IMG/VR virus record: IMGVR_UViG_3300044638_005715
Coordinates: 1-39,397 of that record
Length of the DNA: 39,397 nt
Reading direction: 5' to 3' (one strand)
DNA from: a virus
Taxonomy: Duplodnaviria > Heunggongvirae > Uroviricota > Caudoviricetes
Shown: positions 36,441 to 39,397 of the stretch, one piece after another
Position numbering within the stretch: position 1 is the first letter of the stretch
How the letters are laid out: every line of letters begins with the position of its first letter
Program-made: the position numbers and the translations under genes
The notes under the pieces: model-generated
Told to the model about the DNA's origin: nothing
The model's database searches: none
The model's input: the letters and a program-made list of their open reading frames with translations, nothing else

Positions 36441-37690
36441 AACTAACTTGTGAAAACTCTAATTATTGTGCAACTGTAGTCCGCATCCACAATCTAGTGA
36501 GTCTAGATGGTCTAGACAATCTGCTTGGGTTTCCATGTTTTGGAAATATGGCACTTGTATCTAAAGATCATAAAGTTGGACAACTAGGTATATTATTTAC
36601 GGCAGAAACAAAATTGTCTGATGATTTCTGTCGAGAAAACAATCTTTATCGTGATTCCGAGTTAAATAAAGATAAAAATAAGACAGGTTATATTGACAAG
36701 AATAGAGTAAAAAGTCTTAAAATTCGTGGCAATGTATCTACAGCCCTTTTTATGCCACTATCTTCTCTTTTTTACCTTGGTATAAATCCTGAAGATTTTA
36801 AGGAGGGCGATTCATTTACACATATCAATGGTGTTGAAGTATGCCGGAAATATGTAATAGAATACATGCAGAGTGGATTAAAAAATAAGCAAAAGGGACA
36901 AAAACGTAAATGTATTGTCAATGAAAATATTTTTAAACAACATATTGAAACTGAATTCTTTTTGCGTAATCTTAACAATTTTAAAGACAATGATTGGATT
37001 ATTGTTACAGAAAAAATTCATTCAACATCTGGAAGATTTGGTCATATTAAAATAGATCGAGATCTTAAATGGTATGAAAAGATTGCTAAATTCTTTAATT
37101 TTAAAATTCAGGAAACAGAATATAAGCAAATATGCGGCAGTAGAAGGGTTGTTAAAGTAGATGGATCACAACAATCATTTTATAAAACTGATGTTTGGAA
37201 ACAAACACTTGATAAAATTCAACATTTAATTCCAAAAGATTGTATTATATATGGAGAAATTGCTGGTTGGGATGGTGATAAACCACTTCAGAAAGATTAT
37301 ACATATCAAATCCCATCCGGAAAAACACAATTTTATATCTATCGTATTGCAACAGTTAATGATGATGGATTTATGATTGATTGGTCCTGGAATAATATTA
37401 AATCTTTTTGTGTAAAAAATGGATTATTACATGTTCCAGAAATTTATCAAGGATACTTTAAAAATTTTAATTATCGAGAATATGAGAATAAGAAATTTAG
37501 AGAAGAATTGGGGTTAAATCAGTGTTTACCACTTGATAAAGAAGCTCCATGCTCAGAAGGTATTGTAATACGATTAGAAAATAATCTTACTCCATACTTA
37601 ACCAAGTTTAAGAGTCCAGAGTTTTACTTACATGAAGGTAATGAAATTACTGCCGGTAGATTAGATATAGAAACTTTAGAGAGTATTTAA
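36437..37690 (+). CDS. RNA ligase, DRB0094/Rnl2-like, with N-terminal OB domain
   Basis: TEKIHSTS (motif I Lys), YGEIAG (III), FYIYRI (IIIa), SEGIVIR (IV), KFKS (V). Confidence 0.82.
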   Translation: MKLTCENSNYCATVVRIHNLVSLDGLDNLLGFPCFGNMALVSKDHKVGQLGILFTAETKLSDDFCRENNLYRDSELNKDKNKTGYIDKNRVKSLKIRGNVSTALFMPLSSLFYLGINPEDFKEGDSFTHINGVEVCRKYVIEYMQSGLKNKQKGQKRKCIVNENIFKQHIETEFFLRNLNNFKDNDWIIVTEKIHSTSGRFGHIKIDRDLKWYEKIAKFFNFKIQETEYKQICGSRRVVKVDGSQQSFYKTDVWKQTLDKIQHLIPKDCIIYGEIAGWDGDKPLQKDYTYQIPSGKTQFYIYRIATVNDDGFMIDWSWNNIKSFCVKNGLLHVPEIYQGYFKNFNYREYENKKFREELGLNQCLPLDKEAPCSEGIVIRLENNLTPYLTKFKSPEFYLHEGNEITAGRLDIETLESI

Positions 37691-37709
37691 ATATAATGAG
37701 GAATTTTAA

Positions 37710-38003
37710 ATGAAAATAGTAGTTACACCAAATAATAAAGATACTGTACATGTCAAGGATGTTAGTAGAAATAAATATTATGGAGTTATTACTCCTCAAA
37801 ATAATAAGGGATTTATAACAAGACTAAATTATAATAGTGGACCATATATTTCATTATGCTGTAATGATATCACTTGCGGTAATTATTTTTATAATGTTAA
37901 TTCAGAAAGTTTGTCAATTCATATAAATAACATAATTTGTAATGGCAATACTGTTTATGAATTTGATACGAACGAAGAATTATTTAAATGGTTGGCATCA
38001 TAA
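37710..38003 (+). CDS. hypothetical protein
   Basis: GAGGA SD; 97-aa ORF. Confidence 0.6.
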   Translation: MKIVVTPNNKDTVHVKDVSRNKYYGVITPQNNKGFITRLNYNSGPYISLCCNDITCGNYFYNVNSESLSIHINNIICNGNTVYEFDTNEELFKWLAS

Positions 38004-38006
38004 TAT

Positions 38007-38687
38007 ATGGAAACATATAAAATCATTTCAGATGAAAGTAAATTAGATCAATTTATTGAATGGTTGCCAGAACTGAAACCATCAGAGGTTTACTACGTTC
38101 AATTATTTGGCAGAAAAAAATATTTGGAAACTGGAACTATTCAATCTGGTCATCAATCATTAAATAGATTTATTTGTAAAAAAGACAGAATCAAAGAAAA
38201 GATTCGACAGTTGGAAATTCCACTTGGTGCATATAAAAATCGCCATGTAGAATTACCACAAGAATGCTTATGTCTTTATATCTGCCCTAATCCAAGATGC
38301 CACGAAAAGGCCGCAAAGAATCTATTAAAATCATTGGCCGATAAGATTACTAAGTCATATGAGGGTTACAATACCCATCAGTTAGCAATGACTGAATTAC
38401 ATAGGGCAAAATCTAGGAATTTTATTGTAGATTTTGATTATGATGAAGTGGATTATAATGATATAAAGCATAATGTTGAATCTGTATTAAATAAGGATGC
38501 ATTTAAAGTATTGAAAACTAGGGGCGGATTTCATCTATTAGTTATGCCAGAAAAAGTTCATGAAGATAAGAGAAATAAATGGCATAATAAATTGGTTAAC
38601 CTGGGGGCCGACGTTGTTGGGGACTGCTTAATTCCAGTCCCATTTTGTTTCCAGGGAAATTTTGTCCCGTACTTTCTTGACATTTGA
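38007..38687 (+). CDS. AEP (prim-pol) superfamily-like protein
   Basis: IVDFDYD (DxD) and LKTRGGFHLLV (TxxGxH). Confidence 0.55.
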   Translation: METYKIISDESKLDQFIEWLPELKPSEVYYVQLFGRKKYLETGTIQSGHQSLNRFICKKDRIKEKIRQLEIPLGAYKNRHVELPQECLCLYICPNPRCHEKAAKNLLKSLADKITKSYEGYNTHQLAMTELHRAKSRNFIVDFDYDEVDYNDIKHNVESVLNKDAFKVLKTRGGFHLLVMPEKVHEDKRNKWHNKLVNLGADVVGDCLIPVPFCFQGNFVPYFLDI

Positions 38688-38704
38688 TTTTTTACCCTTA
38701 TAAT
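38677..38704 (+). promoter_or_regulatory. promoter TTGACA-N16-TATAAT
   Basis: Perfect hexamers at a gene boundary. Confidence 0.8.
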
Positions 38705-38749
38705 AATTGTGTTGGTTTTACTCTCTCTCTAACTTGAAAGGAAAGCAAA

Positions 38750-38956
38750 ATGACTGATCGTGATGTAGCTCAAAGACTCCTATATCTGGAATCAAAAGTT
38801 AAGGAATTGGAGGCAATTATCAATTCATTCAATCGAATAAATGCTCATGATGATATGATGGATGATGAATACATGGAGGAAGTTAACTATATGTTTCGAC
38901 AATGCGATAATGTAGATGAAGATCTTGAAGAGTATGAGTGGAAATTTATTTCCTAA
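38750..38956 (+). CDS. small acidic protein
   Basis: AAGGA SD; D/E-rich. Confidence 0.6.
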   Translation: MTDRDVAQRLLYLESKVKELEAIINSFNRINAHDDMMDDEYMEEVNYMFRQCDNVDEDLEEYEWKFIS

Positions 38957-38962
38957 TATAAT

Positions 38963-39397
38963 ATGAATGTATTTTATCTATATGATGATCCAAGGCAATC
39001 TGCAATATCACTTGTAGATATACATACTAGTAAAATGATTGTAGAATCATGTCAACTACTAGCCAATGCATATCCACTTGATGTTCTTGCACATAAAGAT
39101 TGCCCACGGACCAAAGAGGGTAATGTTCGTAAATATTCATATGTTCATCACCCATGTACTACATGGGTGCGTAAAAGTTTATCCAACTTTAATTGGTTAT
39201 TAGAACATGCCATCTATTTGTATGAGGAAAAAATATATAGAAAGGGTGGTGATCATTTCTGTATAGGTTTTTTAAAATGGTGTTTTGATAATGCCCCGCC
39301 AATTCAAGATGTGGGAGTAACATGTCCAGCACTAGCTTTTAAAAATTATGCACATTTTCAAGATGTAACAAATCCCACATTATCATATAGGAAATTT
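38963..39397 (+). CDS. pyrimidine-dimer DNA glycosylase / endonuclease V-like protein (3'-truncated by window)
   Basis: MNVFYL..DP..SA....D.H..KMIVESCQLL...HHPCTTWVR.S..NFNWL; open to window end. Confidence 0.75.
   Translation, partial: MNVFYLYDDPRQSAISLVDIHTSKMIVESCQLLANAYPLDVLAHKDCPRTKEGNVRKYSYVHHPCTTWVRKSLSNFNWLLEHAIYLYEEKIYRKGGDHFCIGFLKWCFDNAPPIQDVGVTCPALAFKNYAHFQDVTNPTLSYRKF

Noticed and set aside
1-39397. tRNA/rRNA genes, integrase/att sites, group I/II introns
   Set aside because: No T-loop GTTCRA cloverleaf, recombinase motifs or interrupted genes were seen by eye. A tRNAscan/Infernal run would be needed to exclude them formally.

Overview
AT-rich (roughly 25-30% GC by eye), densely packed segment of a large lytic-type dsDNA phage genome, read in standard code 11. 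I found no tRNA, rRNA, integrase, capsid or terminase genes. Most genes are on the + strand: many ~60-aa paralogous ORFs, and enzymes including a HAD hydrolase, macrodomain, RuvB, metallophosphoesterase, HD hydrolase, P-loop kinase, a Prs-like + Nampt-like pair (NARP1-type architecture), a nucleoside-hydrolase-like protein, SPFH protein, RNA ligase, an AEP-like protein and a DenV-like glycosylase. One - strand operon (10408-15867) encodes membrane, secreted and lipoproteins around a papain-like cysteine protease whose catalytic Cys is the +1 residue of a 349-aa LAGLIDADG intein. Four sequence-level signals stand out. (1) Two promoter-led clusters of translationally coupled xxQV-repeat minigenes whose unit lengths vary in steps of 12 nt and which share a perfect 57-bp block across 8.7 kb; the larger cluster lies directly upstream of ruvB. 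(2) Strong over-representation of GGCC/GGGCCC, with motif-free islands. (3) Thirteen TTGACA-N16-TA(T/A/C)A(A/C)T promoters, all with a 16-nt spacer. (4) The intein-gated protease operon. Family names are from motif recognition and recall, not database searches.
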